Assembly (NCBI GenBank): GCA_035390665.1
Contig: DAOOUC010000003.1
Location: 91,056 to 123,055, forward strand
Reading direction: 5' to 3'
Length of the DNA stretch: 32,000 nt
Source: an archaeon
GTDB lineage: Archaea > Iainarchaeota > Iainarchaeia > Iainarchaeales > CSSED10-239
Shown here: piece after piece, positions 1-8,393 of the stretch
Layout: every line of letters starts with the position of its first letter
How positions within the stretch are numbered: the stretch's first letter is position 1
Notes under the pieces: generated by a model
Database searches by the model: none
Told to the model about the DNA's origin: nothing
Seen by the model: the letters and a program-made list of their open reading frames with translations, nothing else
Made by a program: the position numbers and the translations under genes

Positions 1-3000
1 CACAGAATATAAATTAAAATCATAGGTTTTTGTTTCATTTTTTAATATAGTATTAAGAACTTGAGAACAACTATCATAAGAACAACTCATTCCTTGTGCC
101 CATGGCGGAGATAGATTTGGATTTTTCTTAATTGAGTAAATTTCAGATGGATTATATATCCTTATCTTTATATCAAGTGGCATTATAAAGCCATTATTAT
201 TTGCAGTTATTCCAAATAATATTGCTGCGGATTTATAATTTGAAGTTGCATCTGCATTGCCTTGTAATTGAGATTTTATCTGAAAGTTAGTTGTTTGTCC
301 TGAAGATACATTTACTTGAGTAGGTATAATGTCTATGCTTAATCCCGAAACGGTGGGATCTATAAAACTTGTAGCTCCGATTGTAATCGGATTTGCTGAA
401 TTATTTGTAATTGTATAATTAAAATCAACTATAGGAGACACATTCTTAATTAATTCAATAAATATTTCGTTATTTTCTATTACTTTTCCTGGTTTTGTTA
501 TCCCAATTGTATTTGTATTAAGATTAACATCAAATTCCTTGTTTATTTTTATATCTGCATCTAAAGTAAAAATAATTGGTTGATTATCAAATATTCCAAT
601 ATTTAAGGTATTTATATATGTTCCAACAACAGTTGTTGCATTTTGAGGAATTAAAACGGTTTTAATTTGTGTTTTAATTAATTTATTACTGTCTGAAATG
701 GTGGTTGGTAAGATATTATTTTCTTGCAAGTAGACATTCATATCTGTAAATGAGATAAAACCGGATCTTCCTTCTAAAGTTACATTTAACTGAGAATTAT
801 ATGCACTTGATTTAACCACATAATAATTTTTGTCGTCTGTTGTATAATTAGTTACCCCATTAACTGTATATTTGCCTACGTTATAAATTAATGGATGATT
901 AACATCTATAGTTGTGCCTGTTGTATGAACTAACTTATATCCTGATTTAATATTTTTATTAATAACAATTTGATTACTTAGCAACCCATAAGATACAGGG
1001 AAAGTAAATCTAAATGTAATATTATCACCTAATCTACTTTCGGTTAAAGAAATATTTCTATCTACCAAATATCCATTTTCATTTGTTTCTCCTAAAACAA
1101 CTTCAGGAAATAAAGACATTTGATATTTAATTAGAATATCTGGGATTGGATTTCCAAACTTATCTCTTACTCTAAAGCTTACGGCATTATCCCCAATATA
1201 AATATTATTAGAATTATCTAAATCGTTAGTTAATATTTCAATAAAAACATTAGAATCATCATAATACGATAATACATTTTCATTTCTTGGATTAATTTCT
1301 TGAATATCTAATATGTTTGTACTTATCTTTGCATTTGTGTTAAAGAAATTATTTACCCCAAACACAGAATTATGATCAAATTCTGTTCCAAATTCTGCGG
1401 ATAGAGAATTTATTTTATAGGTTGTTGCATTTATTCCTGTTGCTGATTGATTTTCATCTTGTGATTTATAGCTATAGGATTTATACAATAATGCATTTAA
1501 AGTATTTACTGAATATGCATTTATGTCTTCATTATTTATATTGTGGGTTGTACTTAAATAAATGAATTTTTGATTAGATAAATAATTATGATTAATCTTT
1601 AATTCATAATTTTCTCCGTTCTTTAAAAGTAAACTGCCTTGAGAATTGTTCCAATCATAAATATTCTGAATTAAATTATAATTACTGTTTGTAAATGGAA
1701 TTTGGTAGAAACTTGTTGGTGCATAGAAATATCCTTGCGGTCTTATATTACAATTTTGCCAAGAATTATTTAATGTTGGAGAAAATACATAATTTTCATT
1801 GTCTGATTTTGTTAATGCTCTATAATAAATCACATAATTATCTAATTGTGTTAATTCATTTTGGAATTTAAAATTTACAGAAAATTCAATTTGATCTGCC
1901 TCACTATCTGAAAAATTAATCTTTGCCCATTTAAATCCTGTTTGGTTTGCACAGTTTGTTTGACTATGATCCGGTTCATAATTTGCAGTAAAATAAGATT
2001 CATTCCAATCTACTAAACTCCCATGATAATTACATCCTCTTGTAAATGTTGCTCCTGGAGCAAATACAGTTTCAAGTCTTAAATAATCTGAAGATAATGT
2101 AATGCTTTTTCCGGCCCTTATAAAAGCATATGCTAAATCTCTATTGTCTTTTGTAGTTGTTGTAAATTTATATTTTAATTTTAATGTTCTATTTCTATGT
2201 TCTGCAATATTAATAGTATTTAATTTATTTATTCCACTTTCATCATAAATTCCTAAAAATTCAATATTTGCAACAGCATTATTTTGTTGATTACCTAAAA
2301 TTACTTTATAATATATCTTCTGTCCAGGAACCAAAGAAATTAAATCTGTTTGGTAAGTTGATTTATTTTCTGCACTAATTACTGCATACATTTCATTTTG
2401 AGGACATCTAAATATATAATCTTTATTTGTGTCTGATATTGTATTAATGGAATAATCTGTAATTAACTGATCGGTTGTACTATAAAATGAAATATTATAA
2501 TCCCTTACATTTACATTTAAATTTAAAATTTTTGCTTGACTTTCTAAATTTACACTTAATTCTAAGAAATCATTAGCATCTAATTCTTCTGTATTAGATT
2601 GCCCTTGATATCCACTAGCTACAGCAAATGCAAAATAATCTCTGTTTGCTCTAACCATTGGGAAATTAACATCTCCTGAAGAATTTGTTGTTTTAGGAGA
2701 ATTTATTGGTATTTCTGTATCGTCTTCGTCATATAAATAAACTGATGCTCCAGCATAATTATAATTTTCTTTCTTTACTTTTACTCCAATTATTCCTGTG
2801 TTAAGAACAGAAGAATATTCTAATGGTATCGATATATTTCTATCAACCCCATTTACATCAACTGGTGTTGCAGGAAAATAACCGTAATCTTCTGTGTTTG
2901 TAACTGCAATTTTATAATTTCCTGTTAATACAAAGAAGTTTGCAGAATTTACATCTTCTCTTGTTTCTATTGATTGATATCCATTACTATCTGTGTTTTT

Positions 3001-4572
3001 CTTATAAATTGTTATATCTCCTTTAACAACTCTAGTTGTGTCTCCGTTTGCATCAACTAAATTAACATTAATATAACCCAATCTTCCAATTTGACAACAA
3101 CTTCCGGTTTTTAATAAATTTCCATTTGTGTCTCTTGTATAATAATTAGTTAATAAAGAATTATTACAATCTAAACAACCATTTTTACAGAAAGGAGAAA
3201 ATATTGGATTTCTACAATCTAAATTTTGTAAATCACTTGGAGATAATAATAATAAGTTTACTGCGGTTGTATTATTAATTAAAACTTGTTTTCCTTCAGT
3301 TCTTTGAGAACTTATATATCCATCTTTACTTGTAGATAATGTATATGTTCCAGGAGCTAAATTTTCAAATACAAATCTTCCATAATAATCTGTAGTTCCT
3401 GTAACATAAACTAAATTTGATTCATTTATTGGTGTAGTTAAGTCATCCATCTTGTAAACAGACACAATTGCTCCAGTAACTTGGCCGCCTTGTAAATTAT
3501 TAACAAATGCTTCTATTTTCCCTACATTTGCAATAGTTTTTAATGAAAGCATTATTGTATTGTTTTCAGGAACAACTTGGTTTTGAACTAAATTATAATA
3601 ATCAGAAGTAACATCTATTCTTAAGAATCCGCAACCAGTTGGTTGATTAACTGTTAATTTCCCTTGTACTACATTTGATGTTGAAGGACTTGGTGTTTTC
3701 CCTGAATTTGAACAACTTAATTTTACTTGTAATAGTCTTGTAGCCAATAAGGTTTCATTTTCTTTAAATAATATTTCTCTTGTTTGCTCTTGAGATAAGA
3801 ATAATTGACCAGTTGTATCTATATCTAAAACAATTGTTTCAATTATGTTTTTCTTTGGTTCTATTGTTTTAATTTCTGTATTATAAGATTCTTTAGATGC
3901 AATTAGTTTAATGCTATCTTTTTTAGAAAACTTAATATCTTCAAAAATAGTATTTCCAAATGAATCTGTTGTTTGAGTAGTGTTTTCATCATTTATAGAT
4001 AATATTACTGTTGCCCCAGACAATAGACTATTTGTTGTATCTGTTACAGTAACATCAATTATTGAATTACCTCCAATTCCGGTTAAGACTCCAAAAAAGA
4101 AAATAAAGTAAATTATTGAAATTATTAATATTAAGAATAGAATAAAACTAGGAAATATTTTGTCTATTTGATCTGTTACTTTATTAACAGGTATTACTTT
4201 ACTTACACTATCTATTATAGAATAATATCCATCTTCAAAAAAGAAGTATATTTTTTTAAAGAAATTCATTATTGATGTCAATGGATTCTTTATCTGTTTT
4301 TTTTCTTTTGGTTTAGATTCTTGAGTTGTTTTTGATTCATCACTTTTTACTGATTTAGATAATTCTTTAAGTATCTTTTCTTTATCTTCCGTTTTTACTT
4401 GTGGTTTATCTCCTTTAAAAGAAACTTTATTTTTATCTAATTCTTTAATTACTTCTTTTGCTTTATTTTTATCAAATCCATCAGCCACAATTAATCCTTG
4501 TAATTCTTCTCTTGTAAAAGCTTTTGCTTTATTTTCTACAGCTTTATAGATTTGTTCTATTTCTTTGTTCAT
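1..4572 (-). CDS. Giant N-terminally membrane-anchored surface protein, 3'-truncated by the window edge (first 1524 codons); paralog of the 1991-aa ORF at 8394..14369
   Basis: ATG at 4572..4570. My translation of the minus strand stays open in this frame down to position 1. It is missing from the ORF track because no stop lies inside the window. The N-terminus is MNKEIEQIYKAVENKAKAF..., a Lys-rich stretch of about 140 aa, followed by the hydrophobic helix FPSFILFLILIISIIYFIFFFGVL (about 4084..4152). CarboxypepD_reg-like beta-sandwich segments follow, e.g. ...TGTTDYYGRFVFENLAPGTYTLSTSKDGY (about 3300..3530). It is collinear with the 1991-aa ORF: IPLEYSSVLNTG/IPLEYSSALNSG, YQTDLISLVPGQ/YQTDLITLFPGQ, IRPQGYFYAPTS/IRPEGYFYASTT, KNETKTYDFNL/KNKTKSYNISL. 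Confidence 0.85.
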   Translation of the reverse strand, partial: MNKEIEQIYKAVENKAKAFTREELQGLIVADGFDKNKAKEVIKELDKNKVSFKGDKPQVKTEDKEKILKELSKSVKSDESKTTQESKPKEKKQIKNPLTSIMNFFKKIYFFFEDGYYSIIDSVSKVIPVNKVTDQIDKIFPSFILFLILIISIIYFIFFFGVLTGIGGNSIIDVTVTDTTNSLLSGATVILSINDENTTQTTDSFGNTIFEDIKFSKKDSIKLIASKESYNTEIKTIEPKKNIIETIVLDIDTTGQLFLSQEQTREILFKENETLLATRLLQVKLSCSNSGKTPSPSTSNVVQGKLTVNQPTGCGFLRIDVTSDYYNLVQNQVVPENNTIMLSLKTIANVGKIEAFVNNLQGGQVTGAIVSVYKMDDLTTPINESNLVYVTGTTDYYGRFVFENLAPGTYTLSTSKDGYISSQRTEGKQVLINNTTAVNLLLLSPSDLQNLDCRNPIFSPFCKNGCLDCNNSLLTNYYTRDTNGNLLKTGSCCQIGRLGYINVNLVDANGDTTRVVKGDITIYKKNTDSNGYQSIETREDVNSANFFVLTGNYKIAVTNTEDYGYFPATPVDVNGVDRNISIPLEYSSVLNTGIIGVKVKKENYNYAGASVYLYDEDDTEIPINSPKTTNSSGDVNFPMVRANRDYFAFAVASGYQGQSNTEELDANDFLELSVNLESQAKILNLNVNVRDYNISFYSTTDQLITDYSINTISDTNKDYIFRCPQNEMYAVISAENKSTYQTDLISLVPGQKIYYKVILGNQQNNAVANIEFLGIYDESGINKLNTINIAEHRNRTLKLKYKFTTTTKDNRDLAYAFIRAGKSITLSSDYLRLETVFAPGATFTRGCNYHGSLVDWNESYFTANYEPDHSQTNCANQTGFKWAKINFSDSEADQIEFSVNFKFQNELTQLDNYVIYYRALTKSDNENYVFSPTLNNSWQNCNIRPQGYFYAPTSFYQIPFTNSNYNLIQNIYDWNNSQGSLLLKNGENYELKINHNYLSNQKFIYLSTTHNINNEDINAYSVNTLNALLYKSYSYKSQDENQSATGINATTYKINSLSAEFGTEFDHNSVFGVNNFFNTNAKISTNILDIQEINPRNENVLSYYDDSNVFIEILTNDLDNSNNIYIGDNAVSFRVRDKFGNPIPDILIKYQMSLFPEVVLGETNENGYLVDRNISLTESRLGDNITFRFTFPVSYGLLSNQIVINKNIKSGYKLVHTTGTTIDVNHPLIYNVGKYTVNGVTNYTTDDKNYYVVKSSAYNSQLNVTLEGRSGFISFTDMNVYLQENNILPTTISDSNKLIKTQIKTVLIPQNATTVVGTYINTLNIGIFDNQPIIFTLDADIKINKEFDVNLNTNTIGITKPGKVIENNEIFIELIKNVSPIVDFNYTITNNSANPITIGATSFIDPTVSGLSIDIIPTQVNVSSGQTTNFQIKSQLQGNADATSNYKSAAILFGITANNNGFIMPLDIKIRIYNPSEIYSIKKNPNLSPPWAQGMSCSYDSCSQVLNTILKNETKTYDFNLYSV

Positions 4573-4574
4573 AA

Positions 4575-6716
4575 TTATCTAATATTAAATAATGGAGTAA
4601 ACTCTATTTGTTTTATTATTTCTGATTGTTTATAAACTATAAGATATCTTTGACCAGGACAGAATAATTTTACATTTGAAATATCTTCTAAATTCAACTG
4701 TTCTGGTATATAGATTAATTTATTTTTTGAGATTTTAAATTCTTTAATATCTTGCCCGAAAGTAAAACTATCACTTACAGATATTATTTCGCCAGGTTTT
4801 AAAGAATAAACAATATAATTTTGATCTGTTGGAAATCCTGGAGGCCTAAATAAATTTCCATCAGGAGTTAAATAATAAATATTTAAATCTGTTATATTTG
4901 AACTTATAGTAGAATATATAGTATATTCTTTATCTATTCTTAATGGATTATCTAATTCAAGACCATCACATACTGGACAATAGACAAGATTGAATAATGC
5001 ATTAGGAACTTGATTTGTATTATTATCAAAATCACTAGCTATGTCTCCTAAATTTGTAGCTTCTAAACTTAAATTATCTGTAATATAAGATAATTGAGAA
5101 TTTCCTAATGATTTTAAATAACAAGATTTTATATTTATGTTAGAAAAATTAATAGGAACGTGTTTAACTATCTCTAATTTTTTTGGAAGATAACTTCCAG
5201 AAGCAAGATATTTAATATTTATATCTCCAATTGTTGGATCTTCCCCTCCACAAGCTTCTGTTGTACAACTACAATTAACTGCAGTTATAGAATCAATATT
5301 GTCTTCATTTAATTCTGTTTTAATATTAATATTCCCACTTTTATTAAAAAGATAATCTACATTTATTGAACCAATACTTCCTGCAGTTCCAAAATAAGAT
5401 GGTTCTGTAGGATATGAAGAATTAAACCCCTTTTTTCCACTAACTGAATAATAATTAAAATCACCATTATTAATAAATTTGGTAATGTTTAAATCAGAGA
5501 TCAATCCTCCATTCCCTCCATATCCATCTGTTCCTCCTCCATCATGTGCATTATCTCCTCCATTACCGCCATTACCCGCAATAATATTCCACATAATAGA
5601 TCCATTATTTATTAAATCATTATTTCTTAATATTATTTTACCTGTAGAGCCGCCTATTCCTCCATCTGCATTATCATTACGACAATGATTAGCCCCCGCA
5701 TCTCCTCCATTACCACCATTACCACTATTTAATGTAATATAAAAATTAGAGTTATTTAATTTAATTTTTGATATATCAAATACTACACTTCCACTTATTG
5801 CTCCTGAACCCCCCGCTTTAGGATCTCCTGAACATCTTGGGCCGCCTCCTTCAGATGCACCACTACCGCCATCTCCTCCATTTCCTGAAATCAGTATTAA
5901 GTTTAATTCAGAATTATCTATTAATTCTAAATATTTTAAAATAAGATTAGAATCCCCCCCAGTCCCTCCATCTCCGCCAGCTTTACGAGGGCTATCCGTT
6001 TTTCCTGTAGATCCTTTCGCGCCATTTCCTCCAACCAAATTTATATTCATATTACTTGAATTTATTATACTATTAATATCTAATATTGATGGGCCACCAG
6101 GGGTTCCGACATATGGACCAGATGTTGTACTATCTGATCTATTATTTGGGGTTCTTGAAATTAAACTTAAATTTAAATCTGAATTAAAGCCTACAAATAA
6201 ATTTTTTAACTTTACTTTAATTCCGTGTGCCCTTCTATAGGCATCATTATCTGCCCAAGATCTTTCGGCTTCTAAAAATAACAATTTTGAATTTGTATTA
6301 TTTGATAAATAAATATCTGTATTTATATCTATTGTCGTTAATTGAACTACGTTGTCTAAATTATCTATATTAAAAGTTAAACTACCATTATTTTTTATTA
6401 AAATTTTATCTATGCCTGTAATTTTATAATTGCTTTTAGATTCATTTAATGTAATTGTATTATTTCCGACAATTTCTAAAATTGTGGTCTTATTATCACA
6501 ATAAGTAACATTTGGCAATTTAACGAAATTTAAATCAGTATTAGTTATCTGAGTAGGTATTCTTATAATATATTCCCCTTGTTGCCCTCCACTAACATCT
6601 TGAGTAACTCCCGAAATTGTTTGAAAACAATTTGTGGTTGCAAAAATAGAATGTAAAGATAATTGCACAAATATAAAAATAAAAACTAAATTTAAATATT
6701 TTATCTTCATTATCAT
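4575..6716 (-). CDS. Secreted glycine-rich repeat protein (713 aa), paralog of the 674-aa ORF
   Basis: Long ORF in AT-rich DNA. There is an ATG at 6716 and a second in-frame ATG at 6710; an AAGGT overlapping the upstream stop is better spaced for 6710. The N-terminus looks like a signal peptide: KIKYLNLVFIFIFVQLSLHSIFA|TTNC. Residues about 199-450 carry GNGG-anchored repeats. The C-terminal 215 aa or so align with the 674-aa ORF (GSYLPK, YCPxC, EYxIYS, FKxxKNKL, LFCxGQxY). The TAA stop at 4575..4577 lies only 2 nt from the next ATG. Confidence 0.9.
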   Translation of the reverse strand: MIMKIKYLNLVFIFIFVQLSLHSIFATTNCFQTISGVTQDVSGGQQGEYIIRIPTQITNTDLNFVKLPNVTYCDNKTTILEIVGNNTITLNESKSNYKITGIDKILIKNNGSLTFNIDNLDNVVQLTTIDINTDIYLSNNTNSKLLFLEAERSWADNDAYRRAHGIKVKLKNLFVGFNSDLNLSLISRTPNNRSDSTTSGPYVGTPGGPSILDINSIINSSNMNINLVGGNGAKGSTGKTDSPRKAGGDGGTGGDSNLILKYLELIDNSELNLILISGNGGDGGSGASEGGGPRCSGDPKAGGSGAISGSVVFDISKIKLNNSNFYITLNSGNGGNGGDAGANHCRNDNADGGIGGSTGKIILRNNDLINNGSIMWNIIAGNGGNGGDNAHDGGGTDGYGGNGGLISDLNITKFINNGDFNYYSVSGKKGFNSSYPTEPSYFGTAGSIGSINVDYLFNKSGNINIKTELNEDNIDSITAVNCSCTTEACGGEDPTIGDINIKYLASGSYLPKKLEIVKHVPINFSNINIKSCYLKSLGNSQLSYITDNLSLEATNLGDIASDFDNNTNQVPNALFNLVYCPVCDGLELDNPLRIDKEYTIYSTISSNITDLNIYYLTPDGNLFRPPGFPTDQNYIVYSLKPGEIISVSDSFTFGQDIKEFKISKNKLIYIPEQLNLEDISNVKLFCPGQRYLIVYKQSEIIKQIEFTPLFNIR
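5367..6122 (-). repeat. Protein-level tandem repeats (4-5 units of about 46-54 aa) anchored on GNGG[NDA]GG
   Basis: Anchors are LVGGNGAKGS (aa 229), ISGNGGDGGS (278), NSGNGGNGGD (332) and IAGNGGNGGD (381), with a degenerate SVSGKKG (427). Each unit has an Asn/Ile/Leu beta-strand-like stretch (LIDNSELNLILIS, LINNGSIMWNIIA), then GNGGxGG, a Gly/Asp/Ser/His/Pro loop and a second GGxGG. Locally G+C-enriched DNA (GGN codons) explains the Pro-rich antisense ORF at 5479..5688. Confidence 0.8.
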
Positions 6717-6721
6717 TTACC

Positions 6722-8221
6722 TTATTTGTATATTTTAAAAGGATAATATAAATTTACATCTGAATAATTCAAATCTATATTTTCATTTAATTTAAATTTA
6801 AATTGATACATTTTTATTATATCCAATATTTTACTACTATTAGGAGTTAAATTAAATATGAAAAAACCATTTTGAGTTGTTTGATTATTTATTGAAGAAT
6901 ATCTGTATTCTAAATAATTAATATCAAATAATCCAAAGTTATCTCCAATATATGTAAATTGAGGATTAATTGTTTGCCCTGAATTTGCTTTTTGAATATT
7001 ACCAAAAATTATTGGAGTCATGGTTTGATTTTGATCAGTAAGTAAATAATCCGAAATTTGTGCGGTTATATTTATGTAATTACAATTTTTTGTAAATTTA
7101 ATAATATTATTATTTTGTAATCCAATATTACTTGAATTTAAATCAATTATACCTGCCTCTGGTCTACTATATATCAAAGAACAAATTGCAGTATAATTTA
7201 ATCCAGAAGGCACTTCTATTGGCCCACAGGTATTAAGATAGATTCTACCTAAGTTTGTTGTGCTTAGTGCATTAAATGTTATTGTCTTTGGTAATTTGCC
7301 AATATATTCACTAAATTCTATTTCACAAATTGGTTCTTTAAAATCTATTGGTATGGTATTACTATAATTCATATTTGCATTATTTTGCCCATACACACAC
7401 AGATAACTATTATTTAAATCACAATTTAGACTATATTTTTGAGCACCACAGTTTAGTTTTATTTCTCCACTATTGTTTACATAACCAAAAATAATTCTTT
7501 TTGAATATACATTTAACGGAGTTATTGGAAGTGTCTGTGGTAGTGGGTTATCATCATAAATTCCCATTTGTTCTGATGTATAACATCCAGGAAAATAAAT
7601 AGCATATTCTTCAGAATAATAGTTTGCAGGCTCAATATAATTATTTGAATCTAAGTTAAATTTTCCTTGATTATAAATTTTAGCTTCAGAAAAATCTAAT
7701 GTAGCTATTTTCAAATAAGAATCTGCATAAGATTCCTCTGAATTTAAATAATCAATACATCTTTTGATTTCTGAATGACTTTTAAAATTAAATTCAGCTC
7801 CTGAATTAATAAAAATATTTGTTTTAATTTTTATGTCTACTTCATTTTTTAAAAAAATAGTTAATTTCTTATTATTAGATATAATAATAGAATTAAAATC
7901 AACTATATAAAATTTAGTCATTACATCCCAAACAGTTACTTGTGGAATAAAAGATATATTAGTATCTATATTTACATCTTGAGAAATAATTAAATTCGGT
8001 CTTAAATTATTTACAGATAAAGAATCTTCAGAGATTATATATTGACCTCCGGGTAATACACAATTATTTGTTCCAGAATCATAATTACAATATACTGTGT
8101 CTCCTAAAGTATTTTTTATTCCAGAAATTTCATAATTTTGCGCAAAAATTGTATTTTGAAAAAAAATTACAAAAATTAATAGTAAAGATGCCTTTACTAT
8201 ATTATTGTAATGTTTTTGCAT
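6722..8221 (-). CDS. Secreted Cys-containing protein (499 aa), unknown function; possibly a distant Gly-loop-less relative of the 713/674-aa family
   Basis: ATG at 8221 preceded by GGTGA. Signal-peptide-like N-terminus: MQKHYNNIVKASLLLIFVIFFQNTIFA|QNYE. Weak similarities to the Gly-rich paralogs: N-terminal ISGI, IIISNNKKLTIFLKN versus ILIKNNGSLTFNIDN, and GKLPKTITF versus GSYLPKKLEI. It also has NxG strand motifs (INSGAEFNF, IYNQGKFNL, VNNSGEIKL). The stop is 5 nt before the next gene. Confidence 0.85.
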   Translation of the reverse strand: MQKHYNNIVKASLLLIFVIFFQNTIFAQNYEISGIKNTLGDTVYCNYDSGTNNCVLPGGQYIISEDSLSVNNLRPNLIISQDVNIDTNISFIPQVTVWDVMTKFYIVDFNSIIISNNKKLTIFLKNEVDIKIKTNIFINSGAEFNFKSHSEIKRCIDYLNSEESYADSYLKIATLDFSEAKIYNQGKFNLDSNNYIEPANYYSEEYAIYFPGCYTSEQMGIYDDNPLPQTLPITPLNVYSKRIIFGYVNNSGEIKLNCGAQKYSLNCDLNNSYLCVYGQNNANMNYSNTIPIDFKEPICEIEFSEYIGKLPKTITFNALSTTNLGRIYLNTCGPIEVPSGLNYTAICSLIYSRPEAGIIDLNSSNIGLQNNNIIKFTKNCNYINITAQISDYLLTDQNQTMTPIIFGNIQKANSGQTINPQFTYIGDNFGLFDINYLEYRYSSINNQTTQNGFFIFNLTPNSSKILDIIKMYQFKFKLNENIDLNYSDVNLYYPFKIYK

Positions 8222-8228
8222 TATTTAT

Positions 8229-8233
8229 TCACC
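8229..8233 (-). promoter_or_regulatory. Shine-Dalgarno-like GGTGA, 7 nt upstream of the 499-aa ORF's ATG
   Basis: The minus strand reads GGTGAATAAATAATG. GGTGA matches the 3' part of the GGAGGTGA consensus at canonical spacing. Confidence 0.55.
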
Positions 8234-8393
8234 AAAATAAAAATAATATTATGAATTCAACTACCAGTATAAATATAACTAACTTTTTACTTAATTTCAT
8301 AATTTTCACGGATTTCTTTAAAAAATACCATATAATATATTAGTATAATATATTTAAATATGTTTTTATTATAAAAATAGAAAAATAATACAG
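8234..8393 (-). promoter_or_regulatory. Largest intergenic region: probable end of the upstream transcription unit (T-tracts) and promoter for the 499/713/giant unit
   Basis: The gap between the TAA of the 1991-aa ORF and the next ATG is 172 nt. On the minus strand the stop is followed by CTGTATTATTTTTCTATTTTTATAATAAAAACA, which has oligo-T tracts but no G:C-containing hairpin. TATA-like elements are TTTAAATA (about 8350) and TTATATTTATA (about 8267..8279, roughly 45-55 nt upstream of the ATG). I cannot tell from sequence whether the promoter is archaeal TATA/BRE or bacterial -10/-35. Confidence 0.35.

Noticed and set aside
5479-5688. Plus-strand 69-aa ORF encoding a proline-rich peptide (PPFPPYPSVPPPS...)
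   Set aside because: It is the antisense shadow of the GGN-rich glycine repeats of the 713-aa gene (GGN reads as NCC, i.e. Pro). It has no RBS and no independent support. The same holds for the 15355..15588 ORF opposite the 674-aa gene's repeats.
5367-6122. Calling the glycine-rich repeats RTX, collagen-like or PE_PGRS-like
   Set aside because: A few GGxGxD matches exist, but there is no tandem nonapeptide periodicity. There is also no Gly-X-Y triplet period and no PE/PPE-type N-terminus. The repeat is about 50 aa with embedded strands, so I leave it unassigned.
8159-8166. A8/T8 homopolymer in the signal-peptide-coding region of the 499-aa gene as a slipped-strand phase-variation switch (similar runs occur near 4297 and 31581)
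   Set aside because: Runs of 7-8 A/T are expected by chance at this base composition. They occur throughout the window with no positional bias that I can demonstrate. Population or long-read length variation would be needed to support it.
8068-8343. Plus-strand 91-aa ORF spanning the 5' end of the 499-aa gene and the intergenic region
   Set aside because: It overlaps the well-supported signal-peptide-coding start of the 499-aa gene in antisense and runs through the AT-rich promoter region. Its composition is typical of a spurious ORF.
8370-8393. AT-only inverted repeat (TATTAT...ATAATA) after the 1991-aa gene as a hairpin terminator
   Set aside because: The stem has no G:C pairs and a long loop, and would be unstable. 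Only the oligo-T tracts are noted, inside the regulatory-region feature.
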